The notes under the pieces were generated by a model. That model did not search any database. It was given only the letters and a program-made list of their open reading frames with translations, and had not been told where the DNA came from. DNA of 63,614 nt, the filler included, from Perkinsus chesapeaki ATCC PRA-425 (taxonomy: Eukaryota > Protista > Perkinsozoa), in the NCBI GenBank assembly GCA_013115145.1. It is 10 parts of 10 records of this genome, joined end to end, with 100 filler letters (N's around TTAATTAATTAA, not from the genome) between each part and the next. Parts side by side here need not be neighbours in the genome. Positions count along the whole stretch, not along the records: positions 1 to 18,597 come from JAAPAO010000660.1; positions 18,698 to 26,160 come from JAAPAO010001031.1; 8 more parts are not named here. One strand, written 5' to 3'. Position 1 is the stretch's first letter, and the number at the start of each line of letters is the position of its first letter. Both the position numbers and the translations under genes were made by a program. Below, one piece after another: positions 12,230-22,843 of this stretch.

Positions 12230-13215
12230 TTAGTAGCATAACATATTTATCGACATGACAACTGAATATTGGACAGTGTCAAACGGTGTGGCTTGTCGGA
12301 ACGGCTGGAGCTGCCGAGAGTGCAAAGGGCCTATTGTAAAGGGAAAGCCTCTAGTCTGCCGGGATGGTCGGAAACTGCGGTTTATGTAATCATGAGCTGC
12401 TCACTCACTGAGATGGAGATGCTAACAGGTATCACCCACACTGCTTCAGCGGCTTTTCAGACGTACGCACACAACCCGCCAATATACGGTAGAAAGCAAG
12501 TTGCACGTGTTCGTCAATGACACTTAGTGTTTAGGGAAATACAGCGGAAGTATCCCCATTTGAGCTGCGAGGCTCCAAAAGTTAAAGGGCATGGAAAGTG
12601 GTCCACCTCATGTGGTTACTCAGGTTGAATGAATCATCTTCTTTTGAGTTGACAGTGCTACGTAAGGGAAACCTCACCATAGAATTTTGCCTACAAGAAA
12701 TCGCAAACGCACTTCTTCCAAACGGAGTAGGATCTCTTAACATCAGTTACATTCTTCTGGATGGACCATAGAGCGGCAAAAACAGTTAAAGGATTAAACT
12801 CTCCCGGTAGTTTGCACATATAATGGATGATCTAACTAAGCCATTGATTGGCGTTGGACTATAAACTCACACCCACACACCAAACGGATACATCGGTAAT
12901 CGTTGAGATGAATGCTGTAAGTCTTTCTAAAGGTGGCAAGGTCGCCAGGCATACCTTGCCATATCGTGCCCGGATGCTCTCAATCTGCCGTCTATGGCAT
13001 TCTTTGTGAAGGGATTGAGAGGCGAAAGAGTTCCCCTTGTAATTCTCGCTTCCAGTTTGGTATTGATGAGTCAAGGAGATGTTTGCTATATACGTATTTG
13101 GTTTAATGACGACGACGAGCTCACTCTAGGGGCAATCGCTTTTATGGGGAATTATTTCCATTTCGATCCTGAGAATAATAAGCTTGGTTTGGTCAGTGTA
13201 AGGCGATATCAGTAG
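12230..13215 (+). pseudogene. Decayed paralog of the pepsin-like aspartic protease at 15551
   Basis: 12955-13215 reads YLAISCPDALNLPSMAFFVKGLRGERVPLVILASSLV...VCYIRIWF...LGAIAFMGNYFHFDPENNKLG, collinear with the C-terminus of 15551-16633. About 12265-12385 reads YWTVSNGVACRNGWSCRECKGP, resembling WYENSHEDCKEFLFGCYECNPP. Many stops lie between. Confidence 0.6.
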
Positions 13216-15550
13216 TTGTCAGTGGGTCAGTGCCTCATATTGCCTGCCGTAGGCAACAGCAGACGGGAATCACTAAGTTCTGTGCAAGAAAAGGCAGTCT
13301 ACTATGTATGATAACAAACACAATTATTACTTTCCCTACTTAACACAACAAAATTGTCCCTAACTATTATTCTAGCTTGTTATAAAGCTTAGTAGTTGTA
13401 CATTTACTAAAGTATGTGGTTAGAAGGAGTTAAACTATTGTTGTTTATTCAAGGTTTTATTCCTATTCGTATAATCACTCCTGTGTAATGTCCAATAATT
13501 CAATATTCAGCGATACCATTCCGAAGCGAAAAGGTGGAGTCGAGTTGGCTAATTCTAGGACAGGTCTGTTGTTCGTTTTCGCGATGCTATGGTCGGCCCA
13601 AATGCTCTATTGCAAAACCTCTTCTCGAAGATGCCCGGGGCTGATCTGGCCTTGCAAGCCAGTTGGCAGGTGGGGTACCCCCTTAAATGACAGCGAGTTG
13701 AGAAAAGATCGATATGAGTTTTCAGAACAATAAGCTCCTCGTTCATCCAGAGCTAGCATTCGTGCCATCAAAGAAGGCAGTTGCAGGCGAGGCGGCTGTA
13801 GGCGCTGCTAAAGTGAGAGGGGGAACATTAACCGTGTCGGTGTTACCGACTTCCTCTCCCAAATCCTTCCTGTTCTGCAGCCAGCCTCCTGTTCTGGGCC
13901 ATGCCAGAGTCCGAGACCTCGCGTAGTTAGCTGAAATCGACTGCTTTGTAGCTGCGGCCCGACTGCCAGTTGTCTAGACTTTCCTCGAAATATACCACCC
14001 TCTTGGGAACAAGCCTCCTCTGCCAAATGACCTTGGGTAAATGTTCTAAATCGGCCTTTTTCGGAGAGCATAAAATTGCCTGACGTGTGCGATGGATGAC
14101 ATTTGCCCGAAGAGCCCAATGCGCGCTTCTTATATGGTTGATCGTACACTTCACAGGAGGTAAGAAAATCAGCCAAAATAATAATTGAAGAAAAATGAGT
14201 TCTCAAGCTCCCATGAAGCTCTTTGGAGGAACCCCCACTAGCCGCATACGTTGGTTAACATTGAGGCTCCATCTTTCTTAAGATGATCAGTGGCCGGCGG
14301 CCATTGGCCGCGGTCGAGCAGCGGACCATGGTTGCCCTGTCATTGTTGGGTAGTGGTACTCCTTCTAGAGCAACCTCGCGTAAGACACACGACTCGTGTT
14401 ACATGAGGGCTCTATCAGAAGTTTCTATGTGACATGCCAAGCCTCTTCCACTGGACGTATGTTTGCTTTGGAAACAATACTTTGGGTCTTTTGCCGCTAT
14501 TAACACCCGATGTAATACCTAAAGTGTATGAGAGCAGGCCACGAGGTGGCTGGATGCGCGCCAGTAAAACCGTTTGGACTTAGTCCAACTCTGCGGCCAA
14601 CAGGCATCCGCGGAGCTGCCCAAAATGGTTCTTGCCAGTGTGCTTCCATACGAATTCCGGCTGAAGCGCACGACGGACGAGTGTTTTCAAAGTGTTGTTT
14701 TGCTCTCAATTAATCTGTGTACGAGGCAGGTTACTCCTACTAGGTACGCTGCGGGTCTCTGCTGGGGATTCTGTCAGAGCCGCTGGCGATAATTACTAGG
14801 CAATTCCGCTTGTACATGAAATAGGAAGGACATGCTTAGAAATCCTGTGCAAAAAGTACGGTTTATACAACCTTGTTAATGGGTATTCTGGATGGGTCAG
14901 TGGCGGGCTAAGAAACAAGCAAGGCCCAGCTAAATCACTGACACTATTACTCGCAATAAGATTCCCACCAGGGAGCGTGACACCGAATCCGGTGCGCCTG
15001 CATTCTTAAACGACATGTGGACCAGTCTGGATTTCACTTCGTAAGTTTTGACCTGTTTCGAATCGAATCGCTTGGCGAAAAATACAACCGATATTACAAA
15101 TTTGATCATATAGTCACTACATTACCGAACACTGTTCGAGATTCATTACCTCACTATTGGTGCCGGGCGCTTTTGCGCTCCATGAAAAGGATGAAGGATC
15201 ACTGGATAACGAGTCTTGTGAAGGCAAGATAAATGCGAAATGCAGGTGTATATTGTATGGCTATTCAATGGAGTTATTATGCCCCAATATCAGCTGATTT
15301 TCCAGTTACTTCTGGTCTCCATGAAAAGGTTTCTGTTAACCAACAAATCAAAATGCTACCACGCTATTGCTCCCCCCTTTCATTTCTCGCGCCGTATGTC
15401 TGAACCACGGCCACAGCATTTCAGTATGGGCTACACATTTTGTTTGTTGATTTCCCACTTCCCGAGCGTGTTTCCGTGAGCGAGAAATCAACCTTGCCGC
15501 AAATGATTCTGTTAGCCAGGCTAGCCTAGCCTTTACGTACTTCTTCTCCC

Positions 15551-16633
15551 ATGTCCCGGCTTATAGATTTAATTCTGGTTCACATACTGGTGCTGGCGAG
15601 CATAGCTGACAAACTGGTTAGAATGGATGTGTCATTCAAAATGACTGGTGTAAACACGGTGTACCCTCAACCGGTGGTCAACTTCAAGGCTGATGGCCAA
15701 AGTACATATGCACTAGTTGATACTGGAGCTCCATATGTGTTCTTAGTTTGGAAGCAATGGTATGAGAATAGCCATGAGGATTGTAAGGAGTTCCTTTTCG
15801 GATGCTACGAGTGCAACCCGCCTTGCAAGCAAGGCCCAACCAAGACTGTCGATTTTGTGGGCGGCGCAAGAATTCAACTTTTCCCACACACTGGCAAGCT
15901 CGATTTTAACGATGGAGTATCTACCTCCCTAGACTTCGGCTTGGTGGCAGCCTTCAATCGAGAGCTGACAAGCATCTGGGCCTCGCTTGGTTTAGCTCCA
16001 TCTGATACGGAGACTGCGCCATACAGGTCTGTTCCTGAACAACTACTCCTCAAAAAGGTGATTACCGAGAGCTCTTACGCTATCTACTTCAACGCTGGAG
16101 CCAACCCCTCCGGAGAGCTAATACTTGGCGGTGATGACCCATCGAAGCGCGCTGGCGCTTTGAACTACCTCAAAATCGTGGACGCAGAATCCCATTTCGT
16201 TCGAGTTCTTGGGCTGGCGATTGGAAGTGACCCGAAGAATACTATTCTTATAGGAATGCCTGCCGTCCTTGATACCGGTGCCTCCCACATCATCATGGAT
16301 GAAAAGTTCAAGAGGCAAGTGATTGCCTTCTTGCAGACCGCCGGCGCGAAGAAAGTGCAGATCGAAGAGAAAGGTGTCAACTTTGTCATATCGTGCGCTG
16401 ATGCTCCGAATCTACCATCTATGACATTCCTCATGGAGGGGTTGAAAGGCGAGAAAATCCCCCTCCTAATCAACGCTGCTAGTCTAGTACAGAAGGTTCG
16501 ACGAAATGTTTGCTACATGCGTATTGCTTTTAAGGACTATGAAGATGCCATCTTTCTGGGAGCAAGCGCTTTCCTTGGGCGCTACTTGTATTTCGACCTT
16601 GGTAATACCAAAATTGGTTTTGCTAATGTATAG
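15551..16633 (+). CDS. Secreted pepsin-like (A1) aspartic protease, intronless
   Basis: 360 aa with signal peptide, two intact catalytic motifs (LVDTGAP, VLDTGAS), GELILGG, FLG..F and FD....IGFA motifs. Confidence 0.92.
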   Translation: MSRLIDLILVHILVLASIADKLVRMDVSFKMTGVNTVYPQPVVNFKADGQSTYALVDTGAPYVFLVWKQWYENSHEDCKEFLFGCYECNPPCKQGPTKTVDFVGGARIQLFPHTGKLDFNDGVSTSLDFGLVAAFNRELTSIWASLGLAPSDTETAPYRSVPEQLLLKKVITESSYAIYFNAGANPSGELILGGDDPSKRAGALNYLKIVDAESHFVRVLGLAIGSDPKNTILIGMPAVLDTGASHIIMDEKFKRQVIAFLQTAGAKKVQIEEKGVNFVISCADAPNLPSMTFLMEGLKGEKIPLLINAASLVQKVRRNVCYMRIAFKDYEDAIFLGASAFLGRYLYFDLGNTKIGFANV

Positions 16634-17874
16634 TTCTCACTGAAAACTTCCCAGCTGGTCGGTGCTCCATTGCCCATAACGAGATACTCGTAGTATGTCT
16701 TATGTAGCGGAAGATAGAACACATGTTTAAATTATAATTATAGTCGTTTATAGTCCTTTATAGTCGTTCACATCGTTTAGAGTTATAGCCTTCAAGACCG
16801 AGTCTTGCACTAATAAGACTTGGATTTTATATGGCTAGTGTTAATGTACTAATTCTACGTAGCCTGGTACTTAGGTTATCGCTAGCTCTATCTCGGTTCA
16901 GTCCGACTGAATCAGTCGCCGAGTTCTATAGTAACTTTCTGTTAGTAAGAGAGCATTGGTTTCCTCCGCCACTCGAGGAGATCATCTACGGCATATTCCG
17001 TTACATTCGGTTTCCTTCACATAGGGCATCGATAGTAGAGGCCTAAATGCCTTCGAAGGATAGAATTGTGTTACGTGTTACTTTAACCGTCTAAGTTAGA
17101 CGTGCGTGATAGAATAACTCACTGGGACAGGATGCACAGCGTTAATGGAACGTTGCGTGGGAGCCTATGCGTTGAGATCATCGCTATCATCAAATGAGCT
17201 TGATAATTGTGCTTCTCCTTTATGGAATACGCAGTCTGCTAGGGGCTTCTAACCCCGGGCTATCCTCGACGAGATTGCCTGTCAGGCAATTCTGCGGTCT
17301 ATCAGGTCTGACGCGGCGTCAGTGACGCGCCGCCTCGTACTTTCACAATCGCTTTGTGGGTTGAATGTTCAGTCGTTGAGGTTGAATGTCCGATCGTCAG
17401 GTCCCTATGTTCTTCACGCTAGTTCGAGATTCTCTCGAAATAAACCTGAAACATGAACCGCTTAGAGCCACAGTCGGCAAACAAGGAATAGTGGTCACTT
17501 CAAAATTTGAAGTTCAAATAGACGTCGGACACAAACATCGCACACTTTCTTAGAGAAGAAATTGATCCGCTTGATATCGAACCTCCCGGCTTAAATCAAA
17601 GCCTATGTCGATCGATGAGTGCTGCCAACAGGTCAAGCCCTAATCCGGACGTTGTGCGAGTAAGTACATTAGTAAGTACAGGGCATTGCGGGTTAAGAAG
17701 CATTAGTTTTGGTTCATGTTTTGCAGCAACACTTTTGCTGAATGTCGGTTTCCGAGTAAAGCCCTTCCAATGTTGACACCGTGCGCCGCGGAAATAGTGC
17801 CTTGAAATCTTCAGCTTATTCCAAACTCTACATCAAAAGTAGCCGCGGCCAGTGCAAAGTTGCGCCATGACGAA

Positions 17875-17905
17875 TGATCGGAATGTCGAACCCCAGACCT
17901 TGTGG
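17875..17905 (-). other. Short tRNA-like B-box relic
   Basis: Reverse strand AAGGTCTGGGGTTCGAC, similar to AAGGTCTCGGGTTCGAT in the 11035-11124 relic. Confidence 0.25.
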
Positions 17906-18160
17906 GAGAGCAATAAATCAATTAACGATTACATGTAGAGTTGCTTCAACAACACTTCTGTCAGGTTTTTAAAAGCACTGACTGGACGGCGTTATATGAC
18001 TAAACAGCGAGTTCATAGGCTTTAGTCGCCTCCTTCAGTATGATCGCTATCGCTTGAGTTGCTCTTCTCATAATCCGACATATTCAGCCGAGCTGTAAGA
18101 CAAGGATCGGAGCTTGTAGGAGATGATAATGCCTGAACAAAAATACGTGAAATACGAATT

Positions 18161-18358
18161 CTACTCGGCAGCAGAACTCGGGACAGAAAGTTCCACGAGG
18201 AGACAGCAAGTATCGCCGAGGGAGCTCACAAGCTTTGCTTCCTGGGCAGCGTTGATCTCCTTCAATTGCATATTAACTTGCTGCTTCTTCAGTTGCTTGT
18301 AGTGCTCATTTTGACTGGACTCAGATTCTTCCCACTCATAATATCTAATAAGTGACAA
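18161..18358 (-). CDS. 3' exon fragment of a hypothetical gene truncated by a gap
   Basis: Short coiled-coil-like ORF (EHYKQLKKQQVNMQLKEINAAQEAK) near the contig end. Confidence 0.25.
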   Translation of the reverse strand: MSLIRYYEWEESESSQNEHYKQLKKQQVNMQLKEINAAQEAKLVSSLGDTCCLLVELSVPSSAAE

Positions 18359-18641
18359 ATCGACATACGTTCACAAGTCATTCACTCACGCGTTGAGTCC
18401 CGGGTCAACAGAGACGCCTGCATAGACAGATTCATGATACAGCCCTCCAAATCAACTTAGAATATCACGTTTTTGTGACCATTCTCTGCCAGATTTGCGA
18501 CTGTGTGCCCCTAACTCAGAGAGTCTCGTTCTAACATGGCCTTCAATATACCACCGAAGTTTCAGCGCCTAACACTCACTGGTTATTGAGAACTGAGNNN
18601 NNNNNNNNNNNNNNNNNNNNNNNNNNNNNNNNNNNNNNNNN

Positions 18642-18653
18642 TTAATTAATTAA
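18642..18653. other. Artificial six-frame-stop spacer TTAATTAATTAA in a 100-nt N linker; also at 26205, 40283, 42193, 45925, 47529, 59667, 61299 and 62541
   Basis: Identical 12-mer centred in 44 N + 12 + 44 N at nine sites; a scaffolding artefact. Confidence 0.97.
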
Positions 18654-18697
18654 NNNNNNNNNNNNNNNNNNNNNNNNNNNNNNNNNNNNNNNNNNNN

Positions 18698-19246
18698 ACC
18701 CTCCTCAATCTTGCACCGGATCCCAGAGAGTTGCTCCAGATTCGGAAGCTCCGAGTCTTCCACATCACCGAACTTCAGGCGAAAGTTCGCAACCAGCGCA
18801 TCGAAAGACTGAGAAGAAATGACCGGGAACGTAGAATCATCGACAGAGTCAATGAACAGGCTCATCTTAACCTTCTTCCGGGGCATATCAGACTCCGTAT
18901 CTTCCGAAGAAGACGGTTCCACCTCACCCTCACGTCTCGGCGGAGGCAACGGCTCGACGCACGTATTCATTAGAACGTTTGGCAGACCACAGGCCGAACG
19001 ACACAACTCGAACAGAAGGGCTGCACGCGAACGATCGCGAGACGTCTCCAGAGAACTAAGAGAGTCTGAGATATCCTCCGGATGCATGAAACCAAGGTCG
19101 GCAACACTTGACAGACCGTCCTCCTCACCGGACAGGACATCACACATCTTGGCCCACAGGTCATCGCCGACTTGTGCCTTCCCACGCAGCGCAGAAATAT
19201 CAACCTGCGCAGCATCTATACGCTCGGAAAGACCGGGGGAAGCCAT
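18698..19246 (-). mobile_element. Putative ORF1 (Gag-like) of a DIRS-like/tyrosine-recombinase retrotransposon, truncated by a gap
   Basis: Intronless ATG ORF with SSVADLGFMHPED and ELPNLEQLSGIRCKIEEG segments, reminiscent of dinoflagellate DIRS-like ORF1s (from memory). No RT or YR domain is visible. Confidence 0.4.
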
Positions 19247-19277
19247 GAGGAAAAAAAAATCAGCAGAGATGCCTCAA

Positions 19278-19293
19278 CTTGAGCCAAGACTAC
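19278..19293 (-). promoter_or_regulatory. Spliced-leader-like motif (GTAG-TCTTGGCTCAAG) 31 nt upstream of an ATG
   Basis: The last 12 nt match the Perkinsus SL ACCGTAGCCATCTTGGCTCAAG exactly and are preceded by GTAG. No GT donor follows, so this is not an SL RNA gene. Confidence 0.5.
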
Positions 19294-19603
19294 ATGATAA
19301 CGAGCAAATACAGCAAAGTGAACTGCCTCCACGCTACAGTTGAAGCACTCACTCACTAGCTAGATTGGCTTGCACTAGCACTGTGTGACTATAACACAAT
19401 GGGACAGGACAAGGAACCGACTCCGGCTCGAACTGTACCTCCAAGCACCAGTGCTTTCCAAGTCATATTGCCGGATGTGAAGTGTTTATGGACACTGCAT
19501 CGGTCTAACACGTCCCTCCAGGCGAGACTACATGAGAGACTATATACCGACCTCATGTACTCAACTAGAAAACAACACACTTAGACAATACGTGCGAAAC
19601 TAT

Positions 19604-20560
19604 TTATTCGGCATATTTGAACACCTTCAGGAAATCGCCATCGGCATCGACAATTCTGACGTAACTGTCATCATTCAACTGCAACATCATCCCTCCCGCC
19701 GGAGTTGAAACCAAAGCTGGGGGTTCCCTAATTTCCACCGCATCATCAACTTTCAGCTTGCCAACTTTTGTATAATCTGTTGCCCTTAGCCGCAGCTTCT
19801 TGGCTGCTACCAACTGTTTTCCATCATTCGGATCACAAGACAAATTCTTAGCAATTTCCACGGTCTGCTCATCACAAACCTCGTCCGCCACGAAATCCCG
19901 CCATCGATCTACGAGAGATTTCTTCGCTATCGTTAACTTCGAACCGCGCTTCCTCGGTGTATACCTCAACTGAGTAATACGATGAGAACATATAACATTG
20001 AGGGAAGCCAAGCCAAAGACATGCGCGGAAAACCGGAGAATTAGCCCGTGTATAATCTCTCGGGTAGAAATTCTTCCATCTGTTAGCTTGGCTAACTTTT
20101 TGATAGGCTTCTCAAGCTCCCTAAGTGATTCCGTGTAGCAGCTCATTACTGTAGCGGGGCAAGCTATAACGTGGACCAATGCCTCCTTCTGGTAAACTAG
20201 GTAGCACATCCCAAGCAGAACGACCTCGGAACCGTCCGACCGTTCCAAAACCGGCCGCAGTTGTCCTCCTCTAAGCTTGCAAGAGCAATCCACTATGCCG
20301 CAACCAATGAGATCTTGGCAAATCGTTTCGTCTTCTAGATTGCACACGAAATGCTTCCAGTCAAAGTTACGAACTCCGCCATCCTCGCACGCAATAGGAA
20401 ACTTGGGGAACTTCCCTGACTTGCCCGCAGGCTGCAGTGCTCCATTTATCCAGGCATGTGGGTTCTTTACAAGGTCAGTTTTCTTTCGGAGCTTCCGAAG
20501 GTGGTTCGGACCAAAAACCTCGCCTCGCTTCGCCGACGAATACGACGGTGGCACTGGCAT
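19604..20560 (-). CDS. Intronless hypothetical protein (about 318 aa from the first ATG)
   Basis: Long uninterrupted ORF with globular composition; no family recognised. Confidence 0.6.
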   Translation of the reverse strand: MPVPPSYSSAKRGEVFGPNHLRKLRKKTDLVKNPHAWINGALQPAGKSGKFPKFPIACEDGGVRNFDWKHFVCNLEDETICQDLIGCGIVDCSCKLRGGQLRPVLERSDGSEVVLLGMCYLVYQKEALVHVIACPATVMSCYTESLRELEKPIKKLAKLTDGRISTREIIHGLILRFSAHVFGLASLNVICSHRITQLRYTPRKRGSKLTIAKKSLVDRWRDFVADEVCDEQTVEIAKNLSCDPNDGKQLVAAKKLRLRATDYTKVGKLKVDDAVEIREPPALVSTPAGGMMLQLNDDSYVRIVDADGDFLKVFKYAE

Positions 20561-20868
20561 ACGAAAGGGAAGAGTTGCTAAGGCAGGGAGGAACAAACTC
20601 GTCTCATGTAAAGAGACACAAGTCCAACTTCCTCGATATGATATTACAGTGCAATTAAAAAATGCTAGTCGTGAGACGGATTCTACACTGTCGATCCACG
20701 TTGAGCAGGATTATTATGGTAAGAAGTAGGTATAGTACGTAAATAAGAGAGGTATACGGCTGAGCCACGCTATCGAACGAGCGAGCGTAATGCACCAGTT
20801 GGGCTGCGATCGTCAGTGGACGCATACGCTATTAAAGAAATCTCTGCAGTGGTCGTCATATCGTGATA

Positions 20869-22468
20869 TCATATCATAGGATGCAACGCAGACTCGTCCG
20901 CACTTGAGGCCTCTCCATAGGGATCATCTCCGTCGACGCTGGAACTTTGAATTGGATGTTCCACATTAAGCTCCTCGTTTTGAGTCAGCCCATCATGTAG
21001 GCCGGAGAAGCCAACATTGGGGGGCGGCGAGCCGACAGATGCTTGCACATTAGGGTGCTGGCTACCTTGGGAACTCCCCATAGGGGAGCCGTTTAGAGAG
21101 TTACCGGACAATGCTTGTCTCAAATCCGGACCTCCTCCCACCGCCAGGGCCTCGTTAACGGGAGACCCTGACGTATTGGACTGCCACGTACTCGGTGGAT
21201 GGTGCTGTGGCTGTCCACGGCCATCAAACTTCATTTCAGGAATAGTGGGGAGAGTAAAGGGTGGAGGTGAGCTAGTTGCACCAGATTCGCCGGCACCTAC
21301 CATCGTTTGCCTGAGAAAAGCAAGGATGATCTGCAGGTTCACAAGTAACATCACTGTAGGAAGTCGAGAAGACTTGAACTGTTTCCCTGCGGTTGGCTTG
21401 CTTGAGCTGATTCTGAACGAAGATACCACAACTGCGACGCAATTCAGATGAGCCATCTCACGCACCTCCGAAGTTGTCCTGACGTAGAACAGGGAACAGG
21501 CTCTGTGTCGGTCCAGAGAAGGATCGCATCTGTGAAGGGGACAGTGTCGTCGAGGGATGTCCGCCAGCGGACGCAAGCTGTTGCAGAAGCGAAGCCGCGA
21601 TAGGCCCCCCTCTAAGGAGGCTGGCGAGGCCCTGTTGCTGTTGCTGTTGCTGCTGGTTGATGACCTGCTTCAGTATACTCAGAATACCGGAGTGAGATAG
21701 AGCTTACCTTCTGCTGTTTCAGTTGGTCAAGCTGATGCACGTACATTCTGCATTGTGCTACGGCCTGTTGCAAAGCACCGTTGAGTTTTTGATTTTCAGC
21801 TTGAAGACGGGTAACATCTCCAGCTTGCTGAGTAGCTATTGCTTTCAGTTGAAGATACCTGTTCCGATTCGCATTAAAGACAACCAGACCATAATGTAAC
21901 CCACATGTTCTGGAGAGTGACTAACCCCCTTTGAGCTTCACTTTCGGCTACCTGCTGCGCTGTAGGACCATCTCCTCGCTGTGGCGCCTTTCCTCGCGTC
22001 TCAACCCTGAAGACCAAACTTAAGAGCCTTATGATAACCGACAGTGGCAATAGAGCCATCTCCTGCTTACTTCAGATCGGGGTGAAATTCAGGTTTGAGC
22101 CTCTTGAGCTCCACTCCAGACTTATGGGCTGCTAGCACTGCCTCTTTGAGCGCACCGGTTAATGGTATGATCCTAGGTTTAGTGGGATTAGGCCCATCCT
22201 CTTCCACGGAAGACCCTCTCTGAGAAAAAGCGTATCGTTGTGAACGAATAATTGAAAATGAACATGTTACCTCCTTTTTACTCCTGTTGCGCGGGCTGCT
22301 TATAGTGCTGTCCTGACTAGCTCTACGACTTCTTTTGTTCTTTTTCATTGGTGAACTATCCCCGTTAACCTTCATGATCTCCTGCTGCTGCAGTGGTACT
22401 TCGGAAACGATGCCGCTTGCAGATGCCGTATCCCGGGCGGATCGGGACGCACTTCTGCGACGTACCAT
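20869..22468 (-). CDS. Multi-exon coiled-coil, poly-Q, low-complexity protein
   Basis: ATG at 22468 (MVRRRSAS). Exon YLQLKAIATQQAGDVTRLQAENQKLNGALQQ, a CAG/CAA tract at about 21628-21660, and a Pro/Gly/Ser-rich C-terminus. Confidence 0.5.
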
Positions 22469-22843
22469 AGCTCGAGCTACACGTAATGATAAGCTGCAAT
22501 TGAGCCCATAACCTGCTGCATCGCTAAATCGAGAGTAACGCAGCAGAGTTGCCGAACTCAACACAGAGCTATCCCACACACCAAGTAGGAATGCATGTGG
22601 TTTAATCATCATCGTCATCATCACCGTCAGCTCCGCTTTTACCCTTTCGGTTGGCAGGGTCGAGTGCTGCTATTTGCTCATCGATAGCAGCAGCGTGCTC
22701 CCTTATTGCCTGCATGGCATGACCTAGGAGAGACTCATGTGTAGATTAGTCGACCCATACAGTTGCCCGTAAGCAAGTCTAATGCTGGTATGTCAGTGAT
22801 CCACAAGAGGCTACTTGTGCTTCACTGTAGCACTAGGACACAC

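Noticed and set aside
13488-14800. Cluster of short ORFs and GC-rich mini-palindromes
   Set aside because: No recognisable domain or consistent exon structure; possibly old decayed TE sequence but unsupported.
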